The notes beneath the pieces are model-generated. The model saw only the letters and a list, made by a program, of their open reading frames with translations. It made no database searches and had not been told where the DNA came from. Shown here piece after piece: positions 50,618-60,602 of a stretch of 64,000 nt of DNA. A program made the position numbers and the translations under genes. The first letter of the stretch is position 1. Each line of letters opens with the position of its first letter. This stretch comes from Bacteroidales bacterium (lineage in GTDB: Bacteria > Bacteroidota > Bacteroidia > Bacteroidales > UBA932): contig JAVEZL010000002.1 of the NCBI GenBank assembly GCA_034003005.1, forward strand, positions 12,861 to 76,860. Reading direction: 5' to 3'.

Positions 50618-51985
50618 TTAACCTTCAGCCGTTTTAACCCGATGCTTTTTCCATAGCCCTGAGTTATAGTAAAGTATTGCTCCTATACATCCGATTGTCC
50701 ATCCTGCCGGAATTGACCACCATATACCTTGGGCGCCCATCTCTCCTGAGAGAAAATAGGCAAGAGGAATCCTTATTATCCAGAGAGACAGAGTTGTTAT
50801 AAGCATTGGAACAAATGTAGCACCAGCCCCTCTTGTAACACCATTTACAACAAACATAGTTGTGAATAATATATAGAATGAAGTTACAATAACAAGATAC
50901 TCCTTTCCCGTTTTTATGATTTCACTGTAATGAGGTGATCCTGATTCTACAAACAGGTGCATTATTTGTTCCCCAAAGAGTATAACAACAACTGTAAGAG
51001 ATACTGATATTACAGTAGAGTACTTAAGTGTTGCCCAAAGTCCGTTCCTAATTCGGTCAAATCTGCCGGCTCCCAGATTTTGCCCCACAAAGGAAGAAAG
51101 AGCTGCGGCAAGATTCATTGCTGGCATAGATACAAACATATCCACTCTCCCTGCAGCAGTGTAGGCTGCAAGGGTAGCAACTCCAAATGGGGAGACTATA
51201 CCTAATAGAGCCATATTTCCCAACCCTACAAGGGTTTGCTGAACACCTGACGGAAGTCCGATTTTAAGAGAAATTTTGAAATTTTCCCAGTCAAATTCCC
51301 ACTTTCTCCAATTTAGATTAAACTTAATAATGCTCTCTTTTCTACTGTTAAGATAGTACCATAGGGCAAGCCAGGCAAAAAGTGAAGAGATGCCTGTTGC
51401 CCATGCAACTCCATCAATTCCCCATCCAAACCAAAGAACAAAAACTAAGTCCAGAATCATGTTTAGCACTATCGATCCTACCGTAAAATAAATGGGTGTT
51501 AATGAGTTTCCTACTCCTCTCAAAATAGCAGCTATACCAAATAGCATAAACGAGGGAAGGGTAGTGGAGAGGATTACAATATCAAAATATCTGACAGCAT
51601 CAGGCAAAACCTCTTCAGGTATAGACAACATCCTAAAAAGAGGTTCACTAAAAATGAAGAAGATTATTGTAAGAAAAAGTGAACTGAATAAAAGAAAGAT
51701 CTGAAGTGTGTCAGATGTAATTTTTACTTTATGGAAATTCTTTGCACCAAAATATTGAGCAACAAGCACAGAGCCACCTATTGTTATTCCAGCGACAAGA
51801 GCAGACAGAGTGAAAAGAATAGGAAAGCTAGCCCCCACAGCTGCTAAAGCTACAGAACCAATAAACTTCCCTACAACTATACTGTCAACAATATTGTAAA
51901 GCTGCTGGAAAATGTTGCCAATAATCATTGGAATAGCAAAGAGAATGATCTGTTTTCCCTCTTTACCCTGAGTAAGATCTTTCAT
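50618..51985 (-). CDS. MATE family efflux transporter
   Basis: DLTQG...QQLYNIVDSIVVG...ALAAVG, LRGVGNS, GQNLGA; about 12 TM helices. Confidence 0.93.
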   Translation of the reverse strand: MKDLTQGKEGKQIILFAIPMIIGNIFQQLYNIVDSIVVGKFIGSVALAAVGASFPILFTLSALVAGITIGGSVLVAQYFGAKNFHKVKITSDTLQIFLLFSSLFLTIIFFIFSEPLFRMLSIPEEVLPDAVRYFDIVILSTTLPSFMLFGIAAILRGVGNSLTPIYFTVGSIVLNMILDLVFVLWFGWGIDGVAWATGISSLFAWLALWYYLNSRKESIIKFNLNWRKWEFDWENFKISLKIGLPSGVQQTLVGLGNMALLGIVSPFGVATLAAYTAAGRVDMFVSMPAMNLAAALSSFVGQNLGAGRFDRIRNGLWATLKYSTVISVSLTVVVILFGEQIMHLFVESGSPHYSEIIKTGKEYLVIVTSFYILFTTMFVVNGVTRGAGATFVPMLITTLSLWIIRIPLAYFLSGEMGAQGIWWSIPAGWTIGCIGAILYYNSGLWKKHRVKTAEG

Positions 51986-51987
51986 CT

Positions 51988-52470
51988 TTAGAATCTCTTC
52001 TTGTAAGAGTGGCAGTATGGTTGACCGCCCTTCTTTTGATAATATCGTTGATGATAATTCTCTGCAGGGTAGAATTTTGATGCGGGTGTTACCTTTGTTG
52101 CAATCCGGTACCCTTTGTTATTCAATATTGAAATCAACTCTTTAGAGGCTGTTTTTTGCTCTTCATTTGTGTAGAAAATTTCTGATCTGTATTGAGTCCC
52201 TCTGTCCGGACCTTGTCTGTCAATCTGTTCAGGATCATGTATTTCAAAAAAATATGTGGCAAGTTCTCTATAAGATATTTTGCTAGGATCATAAGTCACC
52301 TGAACAGCCTCAGCATGACCGGACAGCCCACTGCAAACATCCTCATATGTAGGATTATCCAGATTGCCTCCTGTGTATCCAGATATAACCATCATCACTC
52401 CCGGAAGTTGCCTGAAAAGGTGCTCAACACCCCAGAAACACCCACCTGCAAAAATTGCTATCTGCTCCAT
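51988..52470 (-). CDS. msrA: Peptide-methionine (S)-S-oxide reductase
   Basis: AGGCFWGVE, GHAEAV, QGPDRGTQYRS, AENYHQRY, YCH. Confidence 0.95.
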   Translation of the reverse strand: MEQIAIFAGGCFWGVEHLFRQLPGVMMVISGYTGGNLDNPTYEDVCSGLSGHAEAVQVTYDPSKISYRELATYFFEIHDPEQIDRQGPDRGTQYRSEIFYTNEEQKTASKELISILNNKGYRIATKVTPASKFYPAENYHQRYYQKKGGQPYCHSYKKRF

Positions 52471-52500
52471 TGTCTTGATATGATTAAATGCTAAAATATA

Positions 52501-53346
52501 TTAAATACCCGCCCATTTTTTTAGTAGAGCAATCTCCTGACTCCAAATCTCAAAATCAGGAGTTTCCAATATCATAGGGATATTGTCGAATCTAGAATCA
52601 CTCATAAGTAATTTAAAGGTCTCTTGACCAAGTTCTCCCTTTCCAAGAGAGTCATGTCTGTCCACTCTTGAGTTAAGCCCCTTTTTTGCATCATTAAGAT
52701 GCATCCCTTTCAAGTATTTAAACCCGATAATCTTCTCAAAATGGTTAAAAGCAGAGTTGAATCCATGAGCATTTGAAAGGTCATAACCGGCAGCAAAAGA
52801 GTGACACGTATCAATACAGACACCAACTCTGTCTTTATCTTCAACCTGGTCAATAATTTCTGCTATTTGCTCAAATGTATGCCCCAGATTTGTACCTTGT
52901 CCGGCTGTGTTTTCTATAACAGCAGTCACCCCTTGTGTTTTATCAAGTGAAATGTTTATTGATTCTGCGATTCGTGATAAACAATCTGTTATTGAAATCT
53001 TTCCAAGATGGCTACCAGGGTGAAAATTCAATCTGTCCAGACCAAGTTGTTCACACCTTTGCATCTCATCAAGAAAAGCGGCTCTTGATTTATCCAGACC
53101 CTCCTGCTCAGGATGCCCAAGATTAATAAGATAACTATCGTGAGGAAGAATTTGGGAGGGCTTAAAACCGAGCTCCTCACATCGCATTTTAAAACTTGAT
53201 ATACTTTTTTCTGATAATGGTGCAGAAACCCATTGTCTCTGATTCTTTGTGAAAAGGGCAAAAGCAGTTGCCCCAATCTCTTTTGCATTCAAGGGTGCAT
53301 TCTCAACCCCTCCAGATGCACTAACGTGTGCTCCAATATATTTCAT
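52501..53346 (-). CDS. nfo: Endonuclease IV
   Basis: [42 protein letters not shown]. Start is 53346 or 53364. Confidence 0.96.
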   Translation of the reverse strand: MKYIGAHVSASGGVENAPLNAKEIGATAFALFTKNQRQWVSAPLSEKSISSFKMRCEELGFKPSQILPHDSYLINLGHPEQEGLDKSRAAFLDEMQRCEQLGLDRLNFHPGSHLGKISITDCLSRIAESINISLDKTQGVTAVIENTAGQGTNLGHTFEQIAEIIDQVEDKDRVGVCIDTCHSFAAGYDLSNAHGFNSAFNHFEKIIGFKYLKGMHLNDAKKGLNSRVDRHDSLGKGELGQETFKLLMSDSRFDNIPMILETPDFEIWSQEIALLKKWAGI

Positions 53347-53360
53347 ATTAAAATTTTTTA

Positions 53361-55469
53361 TCAACTTATTCTAGAAAAATCCTCTTTTAAGCCTTTCATT
53401 TTTGAAAGCTGCTCTCTTATAATCCTGTTGTCTGCCCCTTCAAGATAAGGATCTGATTCTAGCAATATCATTGCCGTTTTCCTCGCCTCTTCAAGAATTT
53501 GTGAGTCTTTTGCAAGATCAGAGATTCTTAGCTCTACAGGTAATCCGCTTTGTTGTGTACCCTCCATATCTCCGGGCCCTCTCATACGCATATCTGCCTC
53601 TGCCAGTTCAAATCCATCCTGAGTTGAGCACATCAGCTCAATTCTTTGTTTAGACTCTTTTGTAAGTTTATGACCGGTCATTAAGATGCAATAAGAGTTA
53701 TCACTGCCCCTGCCCACTCTGCCTCTTAACTGATGCAACTGGGAGAGGCCGAATCGCTCAGCGCTCTCAATCATCATTACAGATGCATTTGGAACGTCCA
53801 CACCTACTTCAATAACAGATGTAGAGACCAAAATGTTTGCCTTGCCGGAGGCAAATAATTCCATGTCATACGCTTTATCCTCATTTTTCTGTTTTCCATG
53901 AACAACTGCAGTAACATATTGAGGAGCCGGGAATTCCCGAATAACATTTTCATATCCCTCTTGGAGATTTTTGTAATCGAGGGTCTCACTTTCATTTATC
54001 AAAGGGTAAACAATAAATATCTGCCTTCCTTTTGAGATCTCCTCCTTCATGAACTCATATATCTTCTTCCTGTACGATTCTGTTGTGTGCATGGTCCTTA
54101 TACTCTTCCTCCCGGGAGGAAGTTCGTCAATTACAGATACATCAAGATCTCCGTATAGTGTCATTGCCAGAGTACGTGGAATAGGAGTTGCTGTCATTAC
54201 AAGTACATGTGGCATAATGTCGGGATTTTTACTCCAGAGTTTTGCTCTCTGCTCAACTCCAAATCTGTGCTGCTCATCAATGACTGCAAAGCCCAGGTTT
54301 TCAAATTGAACACTCTCTTCAATCAAAGCATGTGTTCCAAATAATACGTGTATTGAGCCATTAGCTATTCCTTCCAGTACCTCCCTTCTCTCTTTAGCTT
54401 TTGTACTACCTGTAAGCAGAGCTGTTTTAATCCCAGTATCAGACAAAAGCTTTAATGACCCATTATAATGCTGATTAGCGAGAACCTCTGTAGGAGCCAT
54501 AATACAAGACTGATATCCATTATCAGCAGAGAGCAGTGAACATAGAATAGCAACCATTGTCTTGCCGCTTCCAACATCGCCCTGCAGGAGCCTGTTCATC
54601 TGTCTGCCCGATTTAAAATCATCCCGTATCTCCCGGATAACTCTCTTTTGAGCATTTGTTAACTCAAACGGGATATTTGAAAAGCATCTGTTGAAATATT
54701 CACCCACTTTAGGCATGTAGATACCTTTAACACTTCTCTCTCTAACACTTTTTTGCCTTAACAGAGAAACCTGCAAATAGAATAACTCTTCAAATTTTAG
54801 TCTGAATTGTGCCGATGCCAGTTTTTTTATATCAGACGGAAAGTGGATGTTATGTAGTGCTTCTCTGTGTGACATCAACCTTTTTTCAATTGTAAGCCAA
54901 TCAGGAAGAGTGTCTCTTATACCTTCATTACACTGTTTTAAAAGGGTGGCCAAAAGTTTAGCAAAGACTTTATTGCTCATGCCACCACTTCTTAGCTTCT
55001 CTGTGGATGAGTATACCCCAATCATGTTACCAACATAGAACGGATTCTCTTCTGTTGCAGAATCAACCTCTGGATGAACTATATTAATACTCTGATTAAA
55101 AACTGTAGGCTTCCCAAAAACAATATACTCCTGATTAAGTTTGATTCTATCCTTCATCCATTTTATTCCCTGAAAAAAAACGAGGTCAATAGATCCGGTA
55201 GGGTCAGTAAGAGTAGCAACAAGCCTTCTGCCAGGGCCCTTTTCTCCCAATACATTCATTCTGTTAATTCGCCCACGAAGCTGAATATAACTCATTGAAG
55301 GCTCAACTTCGCTTATAGTATATATTCTGCTTCTGTCAATATATCTGAAAGGGAAGAAAAGAAGCATATCACCAAATGTTTTGATGTTCAACTCCTTTTC
55401 CAGCAGTGTCGCCCTTCGTGGCCCTACACCGGCAAGAAATTTGATTTCACTGTCAAGTATACCAGGCAT
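53361..55469 (-). CDS. recG: ATP-dependent DNA helicase RecG
   Basis: [68 protein letters not shown]. Confidence 0.97.
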   Translation of the reverse strand: MPGILDSEIKFLAGVGPRRATLLEKELNIKTFGDMLLFFPFRYIDRSRIYTISEVEPSMSYIQLRGRINRMNVLGEKGPGRRLVATLTDPTGSIDLVFFQGIKWMKDRIKLNQEYIVFGKPTVFNQSINIVHPEVDSATEENPFYVGNMIGVYSSTEKLRSGGMSNKVFAKLLATLLKQCNEGIRDTLPDWLTIEKRLMSHREALHNIHFPSDIKKLASAQFRLKFEELFYLQVSLLRQKSVRERSVKGIYMPKVGEYFNRCFSNIPFELTNAQKRVIREIRDDFKSGRQMNRLLQGDVGSGKTMVAILCSLLSADNGYQSCIMAPTEVLANQHYNGSLKLLSDTGIKTALLTGSTKAKERREVLEGIANGSIHVLFGTHALIEESVQFENLGFAVIDEQHRFGVEQRAKLWSKNPDIMPHVLVMTATPIPRTLAMTLYGDLDVSVIDELPPGRKSIRTMHTTESYRKKIYEFMKEEISKGRQIFIVYPLINESETLDYKNLQEGYENVIREFPAPQYVTAVVHGKQKNEDKAYDMELFASGKANILVSTSVIEVGVDVPNASVMMIESAERFGLSQLHQLRGRVGRGSDNSYCILMTGHKLTKESKQRIELMCSTQDGFELAEADMRMRGPGDMEGTQQSGLPVELRISDLAKDSQILEEARKTAMILLESDPYLEGADNRIIREQLSKMKGLKEDFSRIS

Positions 55470-55473
55470 ATTG

Positions 55474-55481
55474 CAAAGTTA
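55474..55481 (-). promoter_or_regulatory. -7 box directly abutting the recG start codon
   Basis: Minus strand TAACTTTG-CAAT-ATG. Confidence 0.65.
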
Positions 55482-55533
55482 ACAATCTTGTCAGATTTTT
55501 GTATCTTGCGACAAAATTCTTGAACAGCTAGAA

Positions 55534-56595
55534 ATGAATAACAAAATAGTAGTAGGCATCACTCAGGGTGACAGCAACGGCATTTCCTACGAGGTAATCA
55601 TAAAGGCACTTTCAGACAATAGAATTCTTGAACTTTGTACTCCGGTACTTTACGGATCATCTAAACTTTTTGGATTCTATAAAAAGCAAATACCAGATGC
55701 TGAGACTTTGACTGCAAATCTAATCTCTGCTCCGTCAGAAATTCACCATAAAAGAGTCAATATAATTAATTGTGTACCTGAAAGCGTAGTAGCAGAGCCG
55801 GGTAAACCTACCCCGGAGAGCTCCCGCGGGGCTTTTCTGTCGCTTGATAAAGCAATAAACCATTTAAAAAGCGGTGATATTGATGTCTTGGTTACAGCCC
55901 CTTTCAATAAAGCATCCATGCAGGCAGAGGGCTTTACATTTCCGGGTCATACTGAATACCTTGCACAGGAGTTTGACAAGCATGACTCACTTATGTTCAT
56001 GATATCGTCATCTCTTAAAGTGGGAATTGTCACAAATCATATTTCCATAAAAGATGTACCTGCAGCAATATCATCTGAGAAGATCATTAAGAAATGCAAG
56101 ATTATGATTGATTCTTTAAGAAGAGATTTTGGTATTGAAAATCCTAAAATTGCAGTACTGTCACTAAATCCTCATGCAGGAGAAGATGGCGTTCTCGGAA
56201 GAGAGGAGATTGATATAATCAAACCTGCTATTGACGAAATCAAGTCAGAAGGCGAGTTGGTCTTTGGCCCTTTTGCTCCTGATGGTTTTTTTGCATCTCC
56301 TATGTTAAAGAAATTTGATGCTGTTCTGGCAATGTATCATGACCAGGGTCTTATCCCTTTTAAAGCTCTCTCTACTGATGGCGGAGTTAATTATACAGCA
56401 GGGTTGCCCATTGTAAGAACATCTCCTGATCACGGCACAGCATATGATATTGCCGGTAAGGGTATTGCAAATCACTCATCAATGCTTGATGCTATTTATA
56501 CAGCCATAGATATTTTTAGAAAAAGAGCAGAATACGAAGAAATCAGGAAAAACCCTCTTAAAGTTGAAATACCCACATCAAGAGGCAATGATTGA
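55534..56595 (+). CDS. pdxA: 4-hydroxythreonine-4-phosphate dehydrogenase
   Basis: TQGDSNGIS.E, TAPFNK, FPGHTEYL, LNPHAGE, MYHDQGL, RTSPDHGTAYDIAG. Confidence 0.94.
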   Translation: MNNKIVVGITQGDSNGISYEVIIKALSDNRILELCTPVLYGSSKLFGFYKKQIPDAETLTANLISAPSEIHHKRVNIINCVPESVVAEPGKPTPESSRGAFLSLDKAINHLKSGDIDVLVTAPFNKASMQAEGFTFPGHTEYLAQEFDKHDSLMFMISSSLKVGIVTNHISIKDVPAAISSEKIIKKCKIMIDSLRRDFGIENPKIAVLSLNPHAGEDGVLGREEIDIIKPAIDEIKSEGELVFGPFAPDGFFASPMLKKFDAVLAMYHDQGLIPFKALSTDGGVNYTAGLPIVRTSPDHGTAYDIAGKGIANHSSMLDAIYTAIDIFRKRAEYEEIRKNPLKVEIPTSRGND

Positions 56596-57058
56596 TCTTT
56601 ATACAGACGGATCTTCACGAGGCAATCCGGGACCAGGTGGGTTTGGAGTTCTACTTAGAAGTGGGATCCACTGTAAAGAGATATCCGAGGGTTACATTCT
56701 CACTACAAATAACCGAATGGAGCTTCTTGCCGTTATTACAGGCCTTGAAGCTTTAAGAAAACCAGGAAGTGAAGTTACTGTATTCTCTGATTCATCTTAT
56801 GTGTGTGATGCTGTTAATAAAGGCTGGGTTTTCAAATGGGAAGTAAAGAACTTTTCCGGGAAGAAGAACCCGGATTTGTGGATGAGATTCCTTAAAATAT
56901 ACAGAAAGCACAAAGTTAAACTTGTCTGGATAAAAGGCCATGCCGGGCATATTGAGAATGAGCGTTGTGATACTCTTGCAGTTGAAGCATCAAAAAAAGA
57001 CAGACTCTTGAAAGATGAGGGTTATATTCAAGATAATGAAGTTACCCTGGGCATATAA
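56588..57058 (+). CDS. rnhA: Ribonuclease HI
   Basis: YTDGSSRGNPGPGG, TTNNRMEL, SDSSY, NPDLW, WIKGHAGH.ENERCD. Confidence 0.96.
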   Translation: MIDLYTDGSSRGNPGPGGFGVLLRSGIHCKEISEGYILTTNNRMELLAVITGLEALRKPGSEVTVFSDSSYVCDAVNKGWVFKWEVKNFSGKKNPDLWMRFLKIYRKHKVKLVWIKGHAGHIENERCDTLAVEASKKDRLLKDEGYIQDNEVTLGI

Positions 57059-58128
57059 TCTTGTCCCCTGAGCCAAGGTTCAAAACCACTATCTATTATT
57101 GTATTTTGCATTTCAGCAGCACCCATTTGGTGTTCAGCACCTGCTGATGAAACTACATTCTCTTCAATCATAATTGAGCCCATATCATCTGCCCCTGAAT
57201 GAAGGGCAAGCATCCCAATCTCTTTCCCAACAGTAAGCCAGGAAGCCTGAATATGCTTTACGTTGTTCAGCATAATTCTGCTTATAGCTGTCATTTTAAG
57301 ATGTTCTACTGCAGAGATTTCAGAAACAGGAAATTTTTCAGCAAACTTAGTTCCTTCGGTCTGCATAGGCCAGCAAATAAAAGCCCTGAAACCGGGCGAA
57401 TTTAATGGTTTTCTAGCTTGTAAGTCTCGGATAGAGAGAAGATGCTCAATTCTCTCTTCTAGGGTTTCAATATGACCATAAACCATTGTGGCAGTTGTGC
57501 CAAGCCCAAGTTTATGAGCCTCTCCCATAACATCTAACCATTGACCTGAGGTTGGCTTTCCCGGAGAAAGCGTTTTCCTAACTCTGTCTGAGAGGATTTC
57601 AGCACCTGCACCGGGTAGGGTATCCAGGCCCGCTTTAACCAATCTCTTAAGAGTGTCTGAGACTGAAAGAGAACTTAGTTTAGCAATGTGAGATACCTCA
57701 GGAGGGCCAAAAGCATTGAGCTTTATACCAGGATCAATTGATTTTATTGTTTTCAGAAGCTCTTCATAGTAGTTAATATCGTATAAGGGATGCAGTCCAC
57801 CCTGTAGTAGTATTTGATCACCCCCGAGTTCTCTTAGGTGAGCTATTTTCTCCTTTAGCTCATCTTCATTAATTGTGTATGATTTATCTTTCTCAGATAC
57901 TTTACAATGAAAATTACAGAACAGACATCCGGAAATACAAACATTTGTATAGTTGATGTTTCTGTCAATTTGCCAGCTCACTCTCTTTTCTGGTACATGA
58001 ATAAACCGAATCTGCTGAGCAAGCGAGAACAGGCGGGAGGGTTCAAGCTCCCTGTATAACATAATACCCTCTTCTAAGGATAGTGGTTTAAGTTCAAGAG
58101 CTTTATGGTGTAATGTATTTATATTCAT
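57028..58128 (-). CDS. mqnC: Cyclic dehypoxanthinyl futalosine synthase (CofH/MqnC-family radical SAM)
   Basis: DRNINYTNVCISGCLFC, LQGGLHP, PGAGAEIL, TATM.YGH.E, IQASW, GADDMGSIMIEENVVSSAG. Start moved to 58128. Confidence 0.85.
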   Translation of the reverse strand: MNINTLHHKALELKPLSLEEGIMLYRELEPSRLFSLAQQIRFIHVPEKRVSWQIDRNINYTNVCISGCLFCNFHCKVSEKDKSYTINEDELKEKIAHLRELGGDQILLQGGLHPLYDINYYEELLKTIKSIDPGIKLNAFGPPEVSHIAKLSSLSVSDTLKRLVKAGLDTLPGAGAEILSDRVRKTLSPGKPTSGQWLDVMGEAHKLGLGTTATMVYGHIETLEERIEHLLSIRDLQARKPLNSPGFRAFICWPMQTEGTKFAEKFPVSEISAVEHLKMTAISRIMLNNVKHIQASWLTVGKEIGMLALHSGADDMGSIMIEENVVSSAGAEHQMGAAEMQNTIIDSGFEPWLRGQDYMPRVTSLS

Positions 58129-58154
58129 TTGGTTGCTTTCATTTGAGAATAATG

Positions 58155-58202
58155 CAAAAGTAAAAGAATTATTTAAGAAGTATAACAAAATAGGTATATT
58201 TG
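58155..58202. promoter_or_regulatory. Divergent -7 boxes for mqnC and gpsA
   Basis: TACTTTTG (minus, 58155-58162) and TATATTTG (plus, 58195-58202). Confidence 0.65.
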
Positions 58203-58241
58203 TATAATGATTTGAAGCAAATAAATTCACATTCAATAGAA

Positions 58242-59255
58242 ATGGAAAATATTTTAGAGAGGGAGGGTTTACGTTTTGCATTGATAGGTGGTGGAAGCTG
58301 GGCAACTGCACTTGCAAAACTTCTACTAAATCATCAAGAGAGGATTTCATGGTTTATCAGAGATGAAGAATCAATTGAACAGCTTAAGAATACAGGCCAT
58401 AATCCATATTATCTGCAGGCAGTACAGTTCGACCCGGACAGACTAAAACTTTCTACAGATATTAACGAGGTTATAAATGAATCTGATGTTCTTTTATTTG
58501 CTATACCTTCGGCCTATTTTATGGAAGTAGCTGTTCAAATAAGATGCGACCTTGAGGAGAAATTTATAATTACAGCTATTAAGGGTATGGTCCCTGTAGA
58601 TAATATTTCAATAGCGGAGTATTTTAATCTAAACCACCAGGTGCCTTTCAGCCGGATAGGAGTTGTCAGCGGACCATGTCATGCTGAAGAGGTTGCCATG
58701 GAGAGACTTTCATATCTTACCTTATCCAGTAAACATATTGAGGTAGCTCGTAAGTTGTGTGATATATTTGCATGCAGTTATATTAAAACTATCCCAGGAA
58801 CTGATATTTACGGAGTTGAATATGCAGCTGTTCTTAAAAATATTTATGCTGTTGCAGCTGGTGTTTGTCACTCTCTGGGATATGGCGATAATTTTATGGC
58901 TGTCCTGATAACAAACTCTTTCCATGAGATGCGTGATTTTCTCCATGCAAGCCATCCTGATAAAAACAGACATACATCCACTTCTGCGTATCTTGGGGAT
59001 TTACTTGTTACATGTTACTCTCAATTCAGCAGGAACAGGACATTTGGTTCAATGATTGGTAAGGGCTATTCTGTTCAATCGGCACAGCATGAAATGAATA
59101 TGGTAGCAGAGGGGTATTATGGAACAAAGTGCATTCATGAAATCAATCAGAAGTACAAGATACATATGCCTGTTGCTGAGGCTATGTACAAGATTCTATA
59201 TGAACATAAATATCCGGCGTATATTATAAAGCAATTGACAGAACAATTACAGTAA
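58242..59255 (+). CDS. gpsA: NAD(P)H-dependent glycerol-3-phosphate dehydrogenase
   Basis: IGGGSWATAL, KG, SGPCHAEEV, LKN, GDLLVTC.S..SRNR, AEG. Confidence 0.95.
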   Translation: MENILEREGLRFALIGGGSWATALAKLLLNHQERISWFIRDEESIEQLKNTGHNPYYLQAVQFDPDRLKLSTDINEVINESDVLLFAIPSAYFMEVAVQIRCDLEEKFIITAIKGMVPVDNISIAEYFNLNHQVPFSRIGVVSGPCHAEEVAMERLSYLTLSSKHIEVARKLCDIFACSYIKTIPGTDIYGVEYAAVLKNIYAVAAGVCHSLGYGDNFMAVLITNSFHEMRDFLHASHPDKNRHTSTSAYLGDLLVTCYSQFSRNRTFGSMIGKGYSVQSAQHEMNMVAEGYYGTKCIHEINQKYKIHMPVAEAMYKILYEHKYPAYIIKQLTEQLQ

Positions 59256-59258
59256 AAA

Positions 59259-60602
59259 ATGGAAAAAATTATAAAAATTGAATTTTCCTCTGCTCTATCT
59301 TACATTGGTGAGGAGAGATATAATAAAGTATTAAAAAGGGCTTATTCAGCGTTAGACACGCTTGAAAGCAAATCAGGAATGGGAAACGAATTCCTTGGCT
59401 GGCTTGATTTACCATCTTCTGTTTCTCAGGATATGAGAAAAAGTATTAAATCAATATCAGAAGAGTGGAGAAATAAGCTTGATATAGTTGTGGTTATTGG
59501 AATAGGTGGATCATATTTAGGTTCAAAAGCAGCAATTGAAGCTCTTTCAAATCCCTTCCAGCTTCACATGAAGAAAGGTTCTTATCCTTCAATAGTATTC
59601 GCTGGTCATAATATGTCTGAGGATTATCTGTCTGAACTAACAGAAATGCTTGATTACAAAGACTATGGTGTCGTGGTTATTTCCAAGTCAGGAACTACTA
59701 CAGAACCAGCAGTAGCTTTCAGAATTATTAAAAGTCACCTTGAGAAGAAGTATGGAAGGATTGAGAGTGCATCCAGGATAATCGCAATTACAGATGAATC
59801 CAAAGGTGCGCTGAGAGAATTATCGGAAAAAGAGGGATATAAGACTTTTGTTATTCCTGATGATGTAGGTGGTAGATTTTCAGTTTTAACACCTGTAGGA
59901 CTTCTCCCAATCGCCTTAGCAGGTTATGATATTGATGCAATACTGGATGGAGCATCTGCTATGGAAAAACTCTCTTCAATTAAAACCGATGACAACCCAG
60001 CATTACAATATGCGGCTCTTAGAAATTCACTTTATGAGTCAGGGAAAAAAATCGAGATATTTGTTAATTATAACCCAAAACTCCAGTATGTTGCTGAATG
60101 GTGGAAGCAACTCTATGGTGAGAGCGAAGGCAAAGAGGGAAAAGGAATATTTCCTGCATCTGTAAATTTCACCACTGATCTTCACTCAATGGGTCAATAT
60201 ATTCAGGATGGAGAAAGAATTCTTTTTGAAACAGTTGTCAGCATTGATAACGCCTCTCGAACAGTAAGTATTGAAAACGATCCTAAAAATCTTGATGGCC
60301 TTAACTTTCTATCTGCTAAAAGGGTAGAAGAGTGTAATAAAATGGCTGAATTGGGAACAAGAATTGCTCACGTTGACGGGGGTGTTCCAAACATTAGAAT
60401 TTCAATAAATAAACTGGATGAATTCAATCTGGGGGCTTTGTTCTACTTTTACGAAAAGGCTTGTGGTATAAGTGCTTACATTCTTGGAGTCAACCCTTTT
60501 GATCAGCCTGGTGTTGAGGATTATAAAGTTAACATGTTTGCATTGCTTGGCAAACCTGGTTTTGAAGAGAAGGCGAAGGAATTGAGATCCAGAAATATCT
60601 GA
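59259..60602 (+). CDS. pgi: Glucose-6-phosphate isomerase
   Basis: GIGGSYLG, SKSGTTTE, VGGRFSV, QLYGESEGK, DLHSMGQ, NPFDQPGVE.YK. Confidence 0.97.
   Translation: MEKIIKIEFSSALSYIGEERYNKVLKRAYSALDTLESKSGMGNEFLGWLDLPSSVSQDMRKSIKSISEEWRNKLDIVVVIGIGGSYLGSKAAIEALSNPFQLHMKKGSYPSIVFAGHNMSEDYLSELTEMLDYKDYGVVVISKSGTTTEPAVAFRIIKSHLEKKYGRIESASRIIAITDESKGALRELSEKEGYKTFVIPDDVGGRFSVLTPVGLLPIALAGYDIDAILDGASAMEKLSSIKTDDNPALQYAALRNSLYESGKKIEIFVNYNPKLQYVAEWWKQLYGESEGKEGKGIFPASVNFTTDLHSMGQYIQDGERILFETVVSIDNASRTVSIENDPKNLDGLNFLSAKRVEECNKMAELGTRIAHVDGGVPNIRISINKLDEFNLGALFYFYEKACGISAYILGVNPFDQPGVEDYKVNMFALLGKPGFEEKAKELRSRNI

Noticed and set aside
58129-58350. Apparent N-terminal extension of MqnC
   Set aside because: Overlaps gpsA on the opposite strand and the mqnC -7 box.
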